The translations under genes were made by a program, and so were the position numbers. A stretch of 64,000 nt of DNA from Felis catus (taxonomy: Eukaryota). Positions within the stretch are counted from its first letter, which is position 1. Each line of letters starts with the position of its first letter. Where the stretch lies: positions 71,426,001 through 71,490,000 of the forward strand of contig NC_058368.1 of the NCBI RefSeq assembly GCF_018350175.1. Direction: 5' to 3'. Shown one piece after another: positions 37,284 through 51,010 of the stretch. The notes beneath the pieces were generated by a model that searched no databases, was not told the DNA's origin, and was given only the letters and a program-made list of their open reading frames with translations.

Positions 37284-37600
37284 ATTTTACTGCAGATTTA
37301 TAGTAATTTCATCATATATATTTTTGTGGCTTGTTTTTGCTTGTTTGCTTCCTTTTCTTTCTTTCTTTGTACTTTTCCATTTCCCAGAGAATGTGTTCAT
37401 ATTCCTAAACGTGAACTTCTGAGAAAATCAGCAACATCTAACTCTTGAATTCATTTGGGATTCACTTATGTGTATGTTATAAAAGAGTTTCTTCATTGTG
37501 ATTTGGTAGCCTTTTATTTATAAAATATTCCAACCTACTTCTCAAATAAAGTAGTATCTCTTTGTATGTCCAAAGATAGCAAGACAGAAATACATATGAG

Positions 37601-37954
37601 TGTCTCAGTTTGGGCCACTCTCACAAATTACCATAGACGGGGTGGCTTAAATAACAAACATTGCTCACAGCTCTGGAGCTGGAAGTCTGAGATCACGGGG
37701 CCACCCTGGCTGGGTTCCGGTGAGGGTTCTCTTTTATGTTGCTGAAGGCCTGTTTCTTATATCCTCATATGGTGGGAAGGGGGCAAGTTAGCTCTCTGGC
37801 CTCCTCCTGTAAGGGCATAATCCCTTTCGTGAGTGCTCTACCTTCACAACCTGATTACCTTCCAAAGCCGCCGCCTCCAAATACCATCATATGAGGCATT
37901 AGATTTCAACATTGGAGTTTTTGGAGTGGGGACACAAACATTTAGTCACTAACA
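37601..37954 (-). mobile_element. MLT1A-type MaLR solo LTR
   Basis: TG...CA ends with 5-bp TSD atgag/gtgag; ggtggcttaaataacaaaca...ctcacagctctggagctggaagtctgagatca. Confidence 0.9.
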
Positions 37955-38392
37955 GTGAGTGTGTGCTTACTCATGCACTCCCTCTCTCTAACCATCTCTC
38001 CCTTCCCTACTTCCGCTCTCCCTTCTCTTTTCCTGCTGCCCTCACATCCCTTCCCCTCCTCTTTCTTTCCTTCTCTTTCATTTGTGTGACTTGCGTGCAT
38101 GTGTGCAGAGCCCCCCCCCCCCACCACACCACACACGTCTAAGTAGATATGCATATGTTACATAAATACATTGTGGTTTAGTGGAAAAAAATAGAATTTA
38201 AAATTAGAAGTCTGGTTTCCAGTCATAACTGTACCACTTATTGTAATGTGACCTTAGATATATTACTTTAAACTTAAGTTTACCACTAAAATGGGAATAA
38301 TGTTTTTCGTAAGTTTTTGTGAGAATAATTGATGTTGTGTAATTATATTTCAATACCCAAATTATTTTACCTGATTTGTTATGAAGAAATAA

Positions 38393-39914
38393 GGGGCGTC
38401 TAGGTGGCTCAGTCGGTTAAGTTGTTGGACTCTTGGTTTTGGCTTAGGTCATGATCTTATGGGATCAAGCCCCACATTGGGCTCCTTGCTGACAGCATGG
38501 AGCCTGCTTGGGATTCCCTCCCTCCCTCCCTCCCTCCCTCCCTCTCTCAAAATAAATAAATACACTAAAAAAAAAAATAAAGAAATGAATTTTATATTGT
38601 ACAAAACTAAGTAAATGTTTTATAGATAAGCAAAAATCATTAAGAATAAGAAATGGCCTTTTTTGTTTATTTATATCAGGTAGCTATGAATATGACAAGA
38701 AAGTAGAAATTGGGGTCTGATTATCTTTAGTGAAAAAAATGAGATGTCTTATCTTACAGTCCAGCAAATGAGACACCAGTAGGGTGTGTTTTCCATGTTA
38801 ATTTAGTCAAATCAATCTTTTTTTTTTTTTAAGGTTTTATTTTTAAGTAACCTCCACACCCAATGTGGGACTCAAAAACACAACCCTTAGATCAAGAGTG
38901 ATACATTCCACTGACTGAGCCAGGCAGGTGCCCCTATTTTGCTTTTTTTTTTTCCTTAAAAAACCCTTATATCAAGTATTTACTTATATTCTATTTCCAT
39001 TCTTTTATAGTTTTTCTTTATTACACTGGTGTTTCATATTTCAGGCTTATTTTGCAAAGTGATAGGAGGTTGAGATCTAATTTTGCTTGTTCATATAGTT
39101 AACCAGTAGAATCAGTTCCATTTTTTAAAAAATGTAATTCCAGTATAGTTAACATACATTGTTATATTAGTTTCAGTTGTATAATACAGTGATTCAGACT
39201 TCTATACATTACTCAGTGCTTCTCACGACAAGTGCACTCTTAATCCCCATCTCCTATTTCACGCATCTCTCACCACGCCCCCCCCCCCCCATTTGTCCTC
39301 TATAGTTAGGAGTATGTCCTTTGGTTTGTCTCTTTTTTTCTTTGTTTTCTTAGAATTGGTCCCATTTATTCATTTGTTCTTTCCTCATTGATTATTAAAT
39401 GTCACATTCATCCTATGCCAAATTCTTTAATTTACTTGAAAAAAAATTTATTTATTTATTTATTTTGTTTATTTATTTTATTTATTTTATTTTGAGAGAG
39501 AGAGACAGAGCACAAATGTTTATTTTGAGAGAGAGAGACAGAGCACAAGCAGTGGAGGGGCACAGAGAGAGGGAGACACAATCTGAAGTAGACTCCAGGC
39601 TTTGAGCTGTCAGCACAGAGCTGGATGCAAGGCTTGAATTCATCAGCCATGAGACTGTGACCCAAGTCAAAGTTTGGATGCTCAACCAACTGAGCCACCG
39701 AGGCACCCCAAATTCTTTTATTTTTAAAGTTTATTTATTTTGAAGTTGAAGGAGAGACAAAGAGAGGGGGAGAGGGAATAAATCCCAAGCAGGCTGCATA
39801 CTGTCAGCACAGAGCCCAATGCAGGGCTTGATCTCAGCCACGAGAACCATGAGATCATGGCCTGAGCCCAAATCAGGAGCTGGTCTCTTAACCAACTGAG
39901 CCACCCAGGTGCCC
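38393..39914. mobile_element. Can-SINEs at 38393-38580 (+), 38820-38934 (-, short), 39431-39707 (-) and 39720-39914 (-)
   Basis: SINE head and tail motifs; shared TSD catcctatgccaaattctt around the last two. Confidence 0.9.
39120..39355 (-). mobile_element. Short L1 3' end fragment
   Basis: tccagtatagttaacatac...agtgcactcttaatccccatc, L1 3'UTR motifs. Confidence 0.8.
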
Positions 39915-40699
39915 CATCCTATGCCAAATTCTTAAATACATTAGGGTCTACTTCCAAATTTTTCTCTTCATTTGCATTTGTCATTCTACCCTTATATTAA
40001 TAATTTATTATTTTCTTCCCAAAATTTATTGGTCATTCTTCTGGCTGAGCTTTGAAAGCACTTTGATATTAGAATTGCCTTAAAGCTACATAAATTTGGG
40101 TAGAATAGACATCAGATGTTGAGGTTTTTCAGAAAATGTGACTGTATTTATCAAAGTCTCTTTGATTCTCTCATTAAAGCTTTATAATTTTTTTTATTGT
40201 AAGAGTAGATTTCTTGTTATTCTTGGATAGTTTATGTTTTGTATTATTATTCTTTGGTTTATATATTGTATTATGGATGGGATCTTTTTCTCATTTTTAA
40301 AATGATTATTCATTTCATAAAGAGAAGCTAATGATATTTGTATTTATTTTTTTAATTGTAAAAAAACATATCAGAATTTACCATCTTAACCATTTTTAAG
40401 TATATAGTACATTAGTGTTAGCTATATGTACAGTGTTGTGCAACCAATCTTTAGAAGGTGTTCATCTTGTAGAACTGAAATTCCACCCTCTCGAATAACA
40501 TCCCATTTCTTCACCTGCCCACCCACCTCCTGCCCCAAGCCCTTGGCACCCACCATTCTTTCTATCACCAGGAGTTTGACCACTTTAGTATTTGTATTTC
40601 TTTTGTAATAATTCTTCCTAGTTGTAAAAAAATCCATTGTAATACCTTTTTAATTGATTTCAAGAGGGGCAATCATATAACCTTTTAAATCACTTGGGA

Positions 40700-41075
40700 T
40701 CCTTTTGGATACAGGTAACAGAGCCATTGATTCAGACTGATAGTCGTTCTTGCTTCACAGTGAACAAGAAGCTTGGAGAAGAGAAAAGATAAAGTTCAGT
40801 ATGGTTATCTGCTGATGCTACTTTTCTGTAGTTGTCTTAGCCTCACTTTCTTCTCCGTGTGGCTTTTTCATAACGCTGTGATAGCAGGATGGCTGTAGGG
40901 AGTTTTGGAAGTCAAATCTAGATAGGATTCAAAGGATTATGTCTGAGCAAACTTTTCCCAGATGATCCTCAAGCAGCTACTTCTCAGTTCCTATTGACCA
41001 AAAGTAAGTCTCCTGCCCATTCGTAAGCCAATAACTGCAAAGGGAATTGGATTATCATGATTGTCTTGGAATGAT
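40700..41075 (-). mobile_element. Old MLT1-type LTR fragment
   Basis: ttctcagttcctattgacc...ctgcccattcgtaagccaataactgcaaagggaattggatt. Confidence 0.5.
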
Positions 41076-41889
41076 TTTCTGGTATGAGATAGATGTTGAG
41101 TAACCAAAGTGGCCTCCGCATTTTCTAATTACCCCATGCCTTCCTTTCTGCTAGAGCTTCTAGTACAGTTTCATGTTTAAGAGCAAAGCTTTTGTGCCAG
41201 AGACTTGGATTTCCCCTGGTTCTGCCAGTCCCTAGCTATTATCTTAGGATAAATTATTTAATCTCTTTTGGACTCTATTTCCTCATCTGCAATATGAAGA
41301 TAATTAGTAGTTCTTAATGAGTTTTTGTCAGTGTCAAATGAGATATAAAATACTTAACATACCCATTTAATTTTAGCTATCCTTGCCCAATTTTCTTTTT
41401 TAGAATTTCTAATGACAAAGATTCCATTTCAAGGGTAATGGTCATGATGCATGCTTGTTTTATTTTTAGCTAACAAATACCTTGAGCATTTCAATATTAA
41501 CAGATACTTTGGCAGTTGGTAGGGAATATTTTTTTCTTGTGTTAAGGGTGTGTTCTTCCATTCCACTTTGAATAAAAGAATAGTATACAGATATTAAGTA
41601 TAATCACATGTCTTTTAATATCATCTGTTGATCATTATAAGAGTTGAGTTAGAAAATTTAGATATTTTAGGGGCACCTGGATGGCTCAGTCAGTTAAGAG
41701 TCCAACTCTTGATTTTAGCTCAGGTCATTATCTCACAGTTTGTGGAATTGAGCCCTGTGTTGGGCTCTGTGCTGACAGTGTGGATGGAGCCTGCTTGGTC
41801 TTCTCTCTGTTCCCTCTCTCTGCCCCTCCCACGCCTCAAAATAAATAAATAAACATTTCGAAAAGAAAATTTAGATAAATTAGCAGGGA

Positions 41890-42790
41890 ACAAATGATTT
41901 CAAAAAATCCTACCCCCATTGAGCTTACATTTAATTAGCAGATGGTTGATAGACAAAACAGGTCAGTAAACTGTGTGATATGAGAATGATAATGATGATA
42001 AATATTTTGGTGATAAACAGGGATGGATTATCGATTATCCTGGAGGTGGAGTATAGGGTAGTTGGAGTTTTAATTTGGATCACAGGGAAGTGGATGGCAA
42101 GAAAGATTAGCAGGATGAGAAGATGAACTTTAGAGCAGACACCTAATGGTGGAAGGGAGCAAGTCACATGAATATCTCCAAGAAGAACCTTCCTGTCAGT
42201 GGAGACAGCAAATGCAAAGCCCCTGAGGTCAAAGTATGCCCCACCTGTTTGAAAAATAGCAAGGAGGCCAATGTAATGAGAAGAGTAAGCAAGCTCCCCT
42301 AGTAGGGCTAGAGTTGGTTTGGGTAGGCTGTTGTAAGGACTTCGGTTTTCACTGAGTGAAATGGGGACGCATTGCAGAGTCTCGAGCAAAGAACTTGTAC
42401 CATGTGTAGTAATGAGCATTGTGGTTGCAATATTGTAAACAACCATAAGGAGGAAAGAGTAGAAGCCAGGAAGCTGGTCAGGCATAGAGGTCCTAGGCCT
42501 GAGCCCTGGAACACTCCACAGTAAGAGGTTGGGAAGAGAGGCAGATCCAGCAGGAAATTAGTCTGGGGTGGAGTTGAGAGAGCCAAGTACAGAAAGGGTT
42601 CAAGGAGGAAGACGTGTTCAACTGACATACATGATTTGAAGAGTGACTGTTGACTGTTGAAGTTAGCAATGTGGAGGTCATGGGGACCTTGATGAGGGCA
42701 GTGTTCAGGAATGTTGTGTGGGAAGTGGTGGTTGAAGGTGGATTGAGGGGTGTTTGAGAACAGGTGGGGAGAGAGAAATGGCAGCTTGTA
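41890..42790 (-). mobile_element. L2 fragment
   Basis: acagcaaatgcaaagcccctgagg, aaaatagcaaggaggccaatg, aggacttcggttttcactgagtgaaatgggg, ggaggtcatggggaccttgatgagggcagt are antisense L2 hallmarks. Confidence 0.85.
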
Positions 42791-45617
42791 AGTTCTAGAA
42801 ACTCTTAGGAGGATTTGCCTTTTTTCTATGTATGTACATGAAGTGTGTTATTTTGATTTTACAGAAAATGGGCCATTCTACTTGAAAGGATGTCTTTTTT
42901 TTTAAAGCATGTTGTGTTGTCAACATTTCTCTGTATTAATAGTTTTTGAAAAAATGGTTTTCAAAGACTGTACAATATTAGCAACTTGAAAAAATTAACA
43001 TCTGTAGAAAACCTAGTTCTTATAAAATTGATAAATCCTGAGAATTTTTTTTTAATGTTTATTTTTGAGAGCGAGCGTGAGGAGGGACGTGGCTGAGAGA
43101 GAAGGAGACACAGAATCTGAAGCAGGCTCCATGCTATGAGCTTTCAGCCCAGAGTCGGACACAGGGCTCAAACCCATGAACCCCGAGATCATGACCTGAG
43201 CCTTGACTCAGGTTGCTTAACCGACTGAGCCACTCAGGCACCTCTGTCTAGCTTATTTTGTTTATGGCAGTCCCCCTATTCAGTAATTGGGGTTAGGAAA
43301 ATTATGTCATCTGTGGTTCTTTTGGCTCCTTCAGCTGGCACTGAAATGTCCGTGCTCGGTGTTGTCCAGTTGGCATCAGCCCGGAATGAGGTGGCGGGAC
43401 TCAGAATTTTGCTGCCAGCACCACTTCCAAGTATACAGGTGGCCCAAGTCTCTGTACAAATGCTTCAACTTTTGACTCCGGTTTCCTCCTCTGAGAACAG
43501 CAGTGTTAGATCGGATGATTTCTGACTTTTTTTTTTTAAGTGCTTATCCTGAGTGATTTGCATGGGGCTGAACAAGACCGTTTGACTCTCTGGTTTCTAC
43601 TTAAAGCTTCTAATGTCTCTCTTGAGATTTGAGCAGAGGCGAAAGACTCAGGAAAGGGAACTCCTTCACTGTGGCCAACGATAACACTGTTGAAAAGACT
43701 TTAGCCTGGAAGGTTTTAAAATACGTAGAGTTCACTTTTGGAAAGATTGCTTTGGCTATGTGGAGTCAGTGTATCACTGCCTCTGGGAGTTGATCCTCCG
43801 TGGAATGTGTTGGGTATATGTATCAGGTATGTAGATGGGCTACAGAGCCTGCCGTGGGTTTCAGTGTCAGCCAGAGTGGCATAATGGAAAGTTACATTCA
43901 CGTGACTCACACTCATATTGTAGTTTCTTTCCTCTTCTGGCTTCCTGATAAAACAGAGAATCAATTCTTTAGTGATTTTTACCTGACAGATGCAATTATC
44001 TCGGGTTTTTTTCCTTGCTTCTTTCCTTTCCTGGTTGTGGATTTATAATTCTCTTACCTGTTACTAAGTTTTCAATTAGATGATAAAGTTTGAGGTTTTA
44101 AAATATCACAATCATTGAAAGATAAGTAGGGAAAGAAACATAGAAAAAAGCAGCCACCTGAAAATAGTTCCCAAGGAAAAGCTAGTATTGTTGCACAGAT
44201 GCAATTGGTTCTTTTACTGAAAGGTCTCTGAGTTTAAAAGGACACATTATTAATGGATTGATACCATCTGTGACAATAAAATACAACTTTTTATCATACT
44301 TGTCTCATATATGTTCTGAGGTAAACTACTTCATTATGAGAATGAAGTGGATGTTCTGATAGCTGACTATATAATTAAAAAAAATCATACTTTGGGTATA
44401 TATTCACAAACATACATAGCCATGCTTTGCCTTTGGAAATGCCTACTTTGATTTGAGCAAATAAGTCTCCTAAAAGCAACAAAGGGGAGAAAATGTTAAT
44501 TCAGTCATTAACCTTTAAGCCTGCCTTACTTTTTACTATCTCTGTTACAGTATTTTTTGTTACTTAATATGACCATGTCCTGGGTGATTTAGAAATCTAC
44601 GTGAGTTCAAGCACACACTATTAATGGCTAAGATGGCCTATTTATACATTTTTTTTTTGCTAAGTATTACACTTTAAAATATTTTTTTCTTTGATTCCAC
44701 CATACCAGCTGAACAGAAGACAGAATGGCCTCATTATTGTAGGAGAATTTCTCCATTCCCTGCAATGATTCCAGAAGCTCTTGCACACTTCATCAGTATT
44801 ATTGTAATTCTTTGGCTGCAGGATATTTGGCAGCTGTTGCACCCCACTGGCAAATCCTATTCATACTTCTTTCCCATTCACTACTGCCATTGGAGAATTG
44901 ATTTCTCTCTCCTCTACTCTAACCTTTCCCAATTCATTTTGGATTGTTCAATGTGAAACATTTTAATTTCATATCATACAGCTATTCAGCTCACAGTCCC
45001 TTTTTTAACCTGTCACCAGGGTAACAGCATAGCATGCTTTCTTTAGGCAATCAAGTTTTTATTTCACATGCTTAATGTTGCATTAAATGTTTGCATTTTG
45101 TTTAACCCCCCTTAAATACTTTGAACTCTGAATATGTTTTATAGGATAATGAAATCCTTGATTTTTGAATTGAAACTAAGTCAACACCATCACTACATTC
45201 ATAGTAAAATGTCAAACGATTAATTTACATAATTCAAAGATTATTATTAAAACTCCCAAGTTAGCCGATCTGTGTAAAGCAATTTTCTGTAGGTAATGGA
45301 GGAATATTTGTATATATTTATGTTTTCCCTGGTTCCAAAAAAAAGATTTAAAGGGGATTTAGAGAGATTTAAACAAGGAACATTTCAAAAGAGCAATGGA
45401 ATTAGTACAAATGGAAAAATATATCTTTTGAAGATAATAATTCATTTTTCAGTATTATGTTCTTTTCTCTGTGTATGTACTTAAATATATATACTGTAGT
45501 AATTTATGTATTTGGTGATGGATGAGGTAATCTACCAGAATGAAATTAAAAGTCTCTTGTAGGTGATTGATTTGGGCATTGTGTTCATTAATAGCTATTT
45601 ATCCATTTACTTCAGTA

Positions 45618-46070
45618 CAGACGTTACCTCACAGATGTTGCGAGTTTGGTTTTAGCCTACCACAGTAAAGTAAATACTGCAGTAAAGCCAGTCAGATGAA
45701 TTTTTTGGTTTCCCAATGTGAATAAAAGTTATGTTTACACTATACAGTAATCTGTTAAGTATGCAAAGCATTGTGTCTAAAAAAGCAACATGCACACTTT
45801 AATTTTAATACTTTATTGCCAAATAAATGTTCACCATCATCTGAACTTTCAATGAGCTGTAACCACCAGAAATCACTGTAACAAATCTAAAAACTTTGAA
45901 ATATTATGACAGTTACCAAAATGCAGCAGACACAAAGTGAGCAAATGGAAAAGTGGTGTTGATAGACTTGCTTGAGGCAGGGTTGCTACAAACCTTCAGT
46001 TTCTTTTTTTTTTTTAAGCAATATCTGCAAAGCCCAATAAAGCAGAGTGCAGTAAAATGAGTTGTCCCTG
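45618..46070. mobile_element. Tigger1-derived non-autonomous element (TcMar)
   Basis: TA|cagacgttacctcacagatgttgc...gaattttttggtttccca...aaaagttatgtttacactatac...gatagacttgcttgaggcagggttgctacaaaccttca...aaaatgagttgtccctg; both termini present. Confidence 0.9.
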
Positions 46071-47664
46071 TGCTACTTTGTCTTTAAGTAATCCAATAAT
46101 AATGATAGATTAGTAAAGATGAAAATTAGTATGTTTAGATCTTGATTCTTTGAATTGAATAGACTTGAGCTGTCTTTATAGAGCTACTTTCCATCTTTAT
46201 TTATTAAAAAAAATTTTTTTTTTAATGTTTATTGATTTTTGAGACAGAGAGAGACAGAGCATGAACAGGGGTGGGTCAGAGAGAGGGAGGGAGACACAGA
46301 ATATGAAACAAGCTCCAGGCTCTGAGTTGTCAGCACAGAGCCTGATGCGGGGCTCGAACCCACAAACTGTGAGATCATGACCTGAGCCGAAGTCGGACGC
46401 TTAACCGACTGAGCCACCCAGGCGCCCCTCCATCTTTATTCTAAATAATAGTTTCAATGAAATTTGTTCCGTGAATATTATGAAATTTGGAAAAGTCCAA
46501 GAAATATAAAGAAATGTGTATGGAAAGCAAGAACATAGATTAGTTAATAACCCATGTTGTTTGAAAGCACTGTTAATTAAAAAAGTATATATTGACATAG
46601 TACCTCTTTAAGTATCCTAATACTCCCCTATACAATCACTAATGTTTTTGCATTAATCTATAGGATAAACTTCGAATTAACCTATTTTTTCTTTTATACT
46701 ATCTTTTTATTTTACTTAAAAAAAACTTAATTAGTACTCTTTAGAATTTGTGGCCTCACACAGTGTGTCAGACTAATTTCTAATTTCATACCTTCAATGC
46801 CCATGTGTCATAAGTGGCCCTGAATCTAGGTAATGTTGGTCTAGGTGACCAGTATCTTGACCATCTACCTCACAAAGGTCACTTTGTTTTGGTAGAATAA
46901 ATTCCTGAATATATATGTTAATGGTAATAACTTTTTACCTTCAGAATTAGGGTTATTAGATTATTCCAAAAATAACAAATAGCATGCCTTGTGGTAAGTT
47001 GTTTGGGCTTAGAGTAATAACAAAACAATTCCTTCCATTTAAGAAGCTTAAAATAGAATGGAACAGGTAGACATTAAACAGATGATTATCAGCCCTGAAA
47101 ACTGCTAGAGAAAGAGTGCAGCGTGAGTGAAGTGTGAAGGAAGGGAATCTCATTTGCAGGTTAGCTGCACTATGTGAATATCCAGTTTTCAATAAAAAGT
47201 TACAAGACATGAAGAAATATGGAAGTATGTCCCTTTTACAGGTTAAAAAATCAATAGAAACTGTTCAGAAGGGTGGCTGAAATGTTGTGTTTTATTATGC
47301 CATAACCTTAAATAACCTGTTAAAAATATGTTCAAAGGACTAAAGGAAACCAGATACAAAGAAGTAACAGTATGGCAACCATGTCTCACTAAATAGAAAA
47401 TATTGATAAAAATTCCAGAGATGAAAATACAATGCCTACAATGAAAAAGTATACTACAGAGAACTCTACAATAGGTTTGACCTGGCAAAAGAAACCATCA
47501 GCAATTTTGAAAATACATTGAAATTATCTAGTGTGAGGAATAAAAAGAAAAATGAACAGAGCTTCAGAGACCCATGGGACACCATCACATGTACCAGCAT
47601 ACATGTTGAATCCCAGAAGGAGAGGAGAAAAAAGATAAAGGAATGGAAAGAATAAACCATAGCT

Positions 47665-50491
47665 GGGATGCCTGGCTGGCTCAGTCAGTAGAGCATGTGA
47701 CTCTTGGGGTCATGAGTTCAAGCTCCACTTTGGGTATAGAGCTTACTGGAAAAAAAGAAAATGAAAAAGAAGTCATTGCAAAAAACATCACAAATTTCAT
47801 GAAAAACATTAATCTGTACATTCAAGAAGTAGATAAATTAGAAGAAGCTCAAAAAGTTCTGTATCTACACACATTATTGTCAAACTGTCAAAACCAAACA
47901 GAATCTTAAAAGCAGCAAGAGAAAAATGACTCCTCCTGTGCAGTTAACATCTCATCAGAATCAATGGAGCCTTGATGATATAAATGAAGTGCTGAAGGAA
48001 AATAAAAACACAAAGAATGTCATCAAAGAATTCTATATCCAGCAAAACTATCCTTTAAAAAATGAAGGAGACATGAAGACATTCCCAGGTAAACAAAAAC
48101 CAAGAGAATCCATTGCTAGTAGACGTATCCAACCAAAACTCAAATACACATGAAGTAATAAAGAGCACTGGTTAAAGATTAGTACAGCTTTTTTCTTATT
48201 TAAAAGACAAATGCCCTTAAAGATAGGGGTGCCTGGGTGGCTCAGTCAGTTAAGCGTACAACTTTTGGTTTTGGTCCAGGTCATGATCTCAGGGTCATAA
48301 ATCTAGTTCTGTGGTCAGGCTCCATGCTGGGTGTGAAGCCTGCTTAAGATTCTTTGCCTCTACTCTCCCCTGCTCAAGCATGTCTCTAAAAAGTGGGGTG
48401 GGGGATGCCTGGGTGGCTCAGTTGGTTAAGCATCTGCATTTTGACTTTGGCTCAAGTCATGATCACATGGTTCATGGGATCGAGCCCCATGTAGGCTTGG
48501 AATTCTCTCTCTCCCTCTTTCTCTGCCCCTCTCCCCCTTGTGTGCCCTCTCTCTCAAATAAATATATATTTTTTTAAATTTAAAAAGTCAACTTAATGCA
48601 GTAGTTATAATTGTAAGTTGGTAGGTGCACAATATATACAGATGTAATTTCTATGACAATAAGATATGTAAGGGTGGAGGAATTAAGATATATTGGAGCA
48701 GATTTTCTGTATGCTATTGCAATTGAGTTAGCATTAATCCAAGCTATAGTGTTTAAATGTAAGGTGCTAATTTGTAATCCCCAAGGTAACCACTAAGAAA
48801 ACTGCTTTTAAAAATAGTAAATGAGGGGCGCCTGGGTGGCTCAGTCGGTTAAGTGTCCGACTTTGGCTCAGGTCATGATCTCACAGTTCATGAGTTCGAG
48901 CCCCGCATTGGGCTCTATGCTGACAGCTCAGAACCTGGAGCGTGCTTCAGATTCTGTGTCTCCCTCTCTCCCTGCCCCTCCCCTGCTCATGCTGTGTCTC
49001 TCTCTGTCTCAAAAATAAGTAAAAACATTAAAAAAAAATTAAAAATAGTAAATGAAACATTAAGGGAATTAAAATGGTACAACAGTTGAAACAAAAGAAG
49101 GCAGAGGCACCTGGATGGCTTAGTCAGTTAAGCATCCAACTTTGGCTCAGGTTACGATCTCACCATTTGTAGGTCTGAGCCCTGCATTAGGCTCTGTGCT
49201 GACAGCTCAGAGCCTGGAGCTTGCTTTGGGTTCTGTGTCTCCCTCTCCCACTTCCCCTCCCTGGCTTGGCTTATGCTCTCTCTGTCTCCAAAATATAAAC
49301 ATTAAAAAAATTTTTTTTTAAAAAGGCAGTAATGGAGGAATAGAAGAACAAAAAAAGACATAACCTATAACAAGCAAAAATTAAAATGAGAGATGTAAAT
49401 CCTACTTGATGCATATATTAAATGTAAATAGATTAAACATGCCAATCAAGGGTAGATATTGGCAGAATGGGTAAAAAGCAAGATCAAACTGTATGCTTTC
49501 TACAATAGACCTGCTTTATTGTTATTTTTAAATTTTTCCATTGTTTATTTTGTTAAATCCTGATAAGTATACTCTTTAATTCCCATCTCCCTTCATTCCC
49601 CTGCCTTCTGGTAACCATCATTTCTCTGTAGTTAAAAGTCTGTTTCTTGGTTTGTCCCTTTTTTTCCCCCTTTGCTCATTCTCATTTGTTTTGTTTCTTA
49701 AATTCCCCATGAGTGAAATCATATGCTAATTTGTCTTTCTCTGACTGACTTATTTCACTTAGCATTATACTCTTTAGCACTCTCCATGTGGTTGCAAATG
49801 ACAAGATAGAACAGAAGATCGGGGGTACCTGCTGGTGCATTCAGTTAAACATCAACTCTTGATTTCAGTTCAGGTCATGATCTCATTGTTCATGGGTTTG
49901 AGCCCCATGTCAATCTCTGTGCTGACAGCTCAGGGCCTGCTTGGGAATCTCTCTCCCTCTCTCTCTGCCCCTCCCCCATGTTCACTTGTTCTCTTTCTCT
50001 CTCAAAAAACAGAAACAAAAACAAAACAAAGATTGAACTGGATGCTTTTTACAATAGGGTATTTCTATTATTATTTTTTAATATAATTTATTGTCAAGTT
50101 AGCTAATACATAGTCTATACAGTGTACTCTTGGCTTCAGGAGTAGATTCCCATGATTCATCATTTACATATAACACCCAGTGTTCATCCCAACAAGTGTC
50201 CTTCTCAATGCCCATCACCTGTTTTGCCCGACCCCCCCCACCCCCATCAACCCAGTTTGTTCTCTGTATTTAAGAGTCTCTTATGGTTTGCCTTCCTCTT
50301 TGTTTGTAACTATTTTTTTTTCCCTTCCCTTCCCTTCCCCCATGGTCTTCTGTTAAGTTTCTCAAATTCCACATGAGTGAAAACATGAAATCTGTCTCTG
50401 ACTTATTTCACTTAGCATAATATCCTCCGGTTCCATTCACGTTGTTGCAAATGGCAAGATTTCATTCTTTTTTAATTGCCGAGTAGTATTC

Positions 50492-50537
<46 letters not shown>

Positions 50538-50909
50538 ACACCATGTCTTTTATCCATTCATCAGTCAATGGGCATTTGGGCTGTTTCCATATTTTGGCTA
50601 TTATTGGGCTGGTATAAACATTGGGGTACATGTGCACCTATGAATCAGCACTCCTGTATCCTTTGCATAAATTCCTAGTAGTGCTATTGCTGGGTTGTAG
50701 AGTAATTCTATTTTTTTCAAGTTTGTTTATTTTCAGAGAGAGAGCACAAACAGGGTAGGGCCAGAGACACGGGGAGAGAGAGAATTCCAAGCAGCCTCTG
50801 CACTGTCAGCACAGAGCCTGATGTGGGGCTTGAACTTATGAACCATGAGATCATGACCTGAGCCGAAATCAAGGGTTGGACACTAACTGACCTAGCCACC
50901 TAGGCATCC
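47665..50909. mobile_element. SINE cluster inside the old L1: + copies at about 47665, 48226, 48400, 48825, 49105 and 49821; - copy at 50712-50909
   Basis: Repeated gcctgggtggctcagt heads; 48825 copy has TSD aaaatagtaaatga. Confidence 0.9.
49520..49810 (-). mobile_element. L1 3' fragment nested in the old L1
   Basis: ctggtaaccatca...atgagtgaaatcatatg...gacttatttcacttagcat. Confidence 0.8.
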
Positions 50910-51010
50910 TGGGTAATTCTATTTTTAATTTTTTGAGGAATTTCCACACTGTTTTCAGAGTAGCTGCACCAGTTTGCATTCCCACCAACAGTGCAAGAGG
51001 ATTCCCCTTA
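50065..51010 (-). mobile_element. L1 3' fragment with nested SINE, inside the old L1
   Basis: Minus-strand peptides IAKIWKQPKCPLTDEWIK and KKNEILPFATT; L1 3'UTR at 50080-50400. Confidence 0.88.

Larger units (their letters stand above)
41670..46428. mobile_element. Isolated Can-SINEs at 41670-41865 (+), 43045-43243 (-) and 46203-46428 (-)
   Basis: TSDs agaaaatttagata (first) and tccatctttatt (third). Confidence 0.92.

Noticed and set aside
41931..42485. Longest ORF in the track (184 aa)
   Set aside because: Lies wholly in a decayed L2, has a non-ATG start and resembles no known protein.
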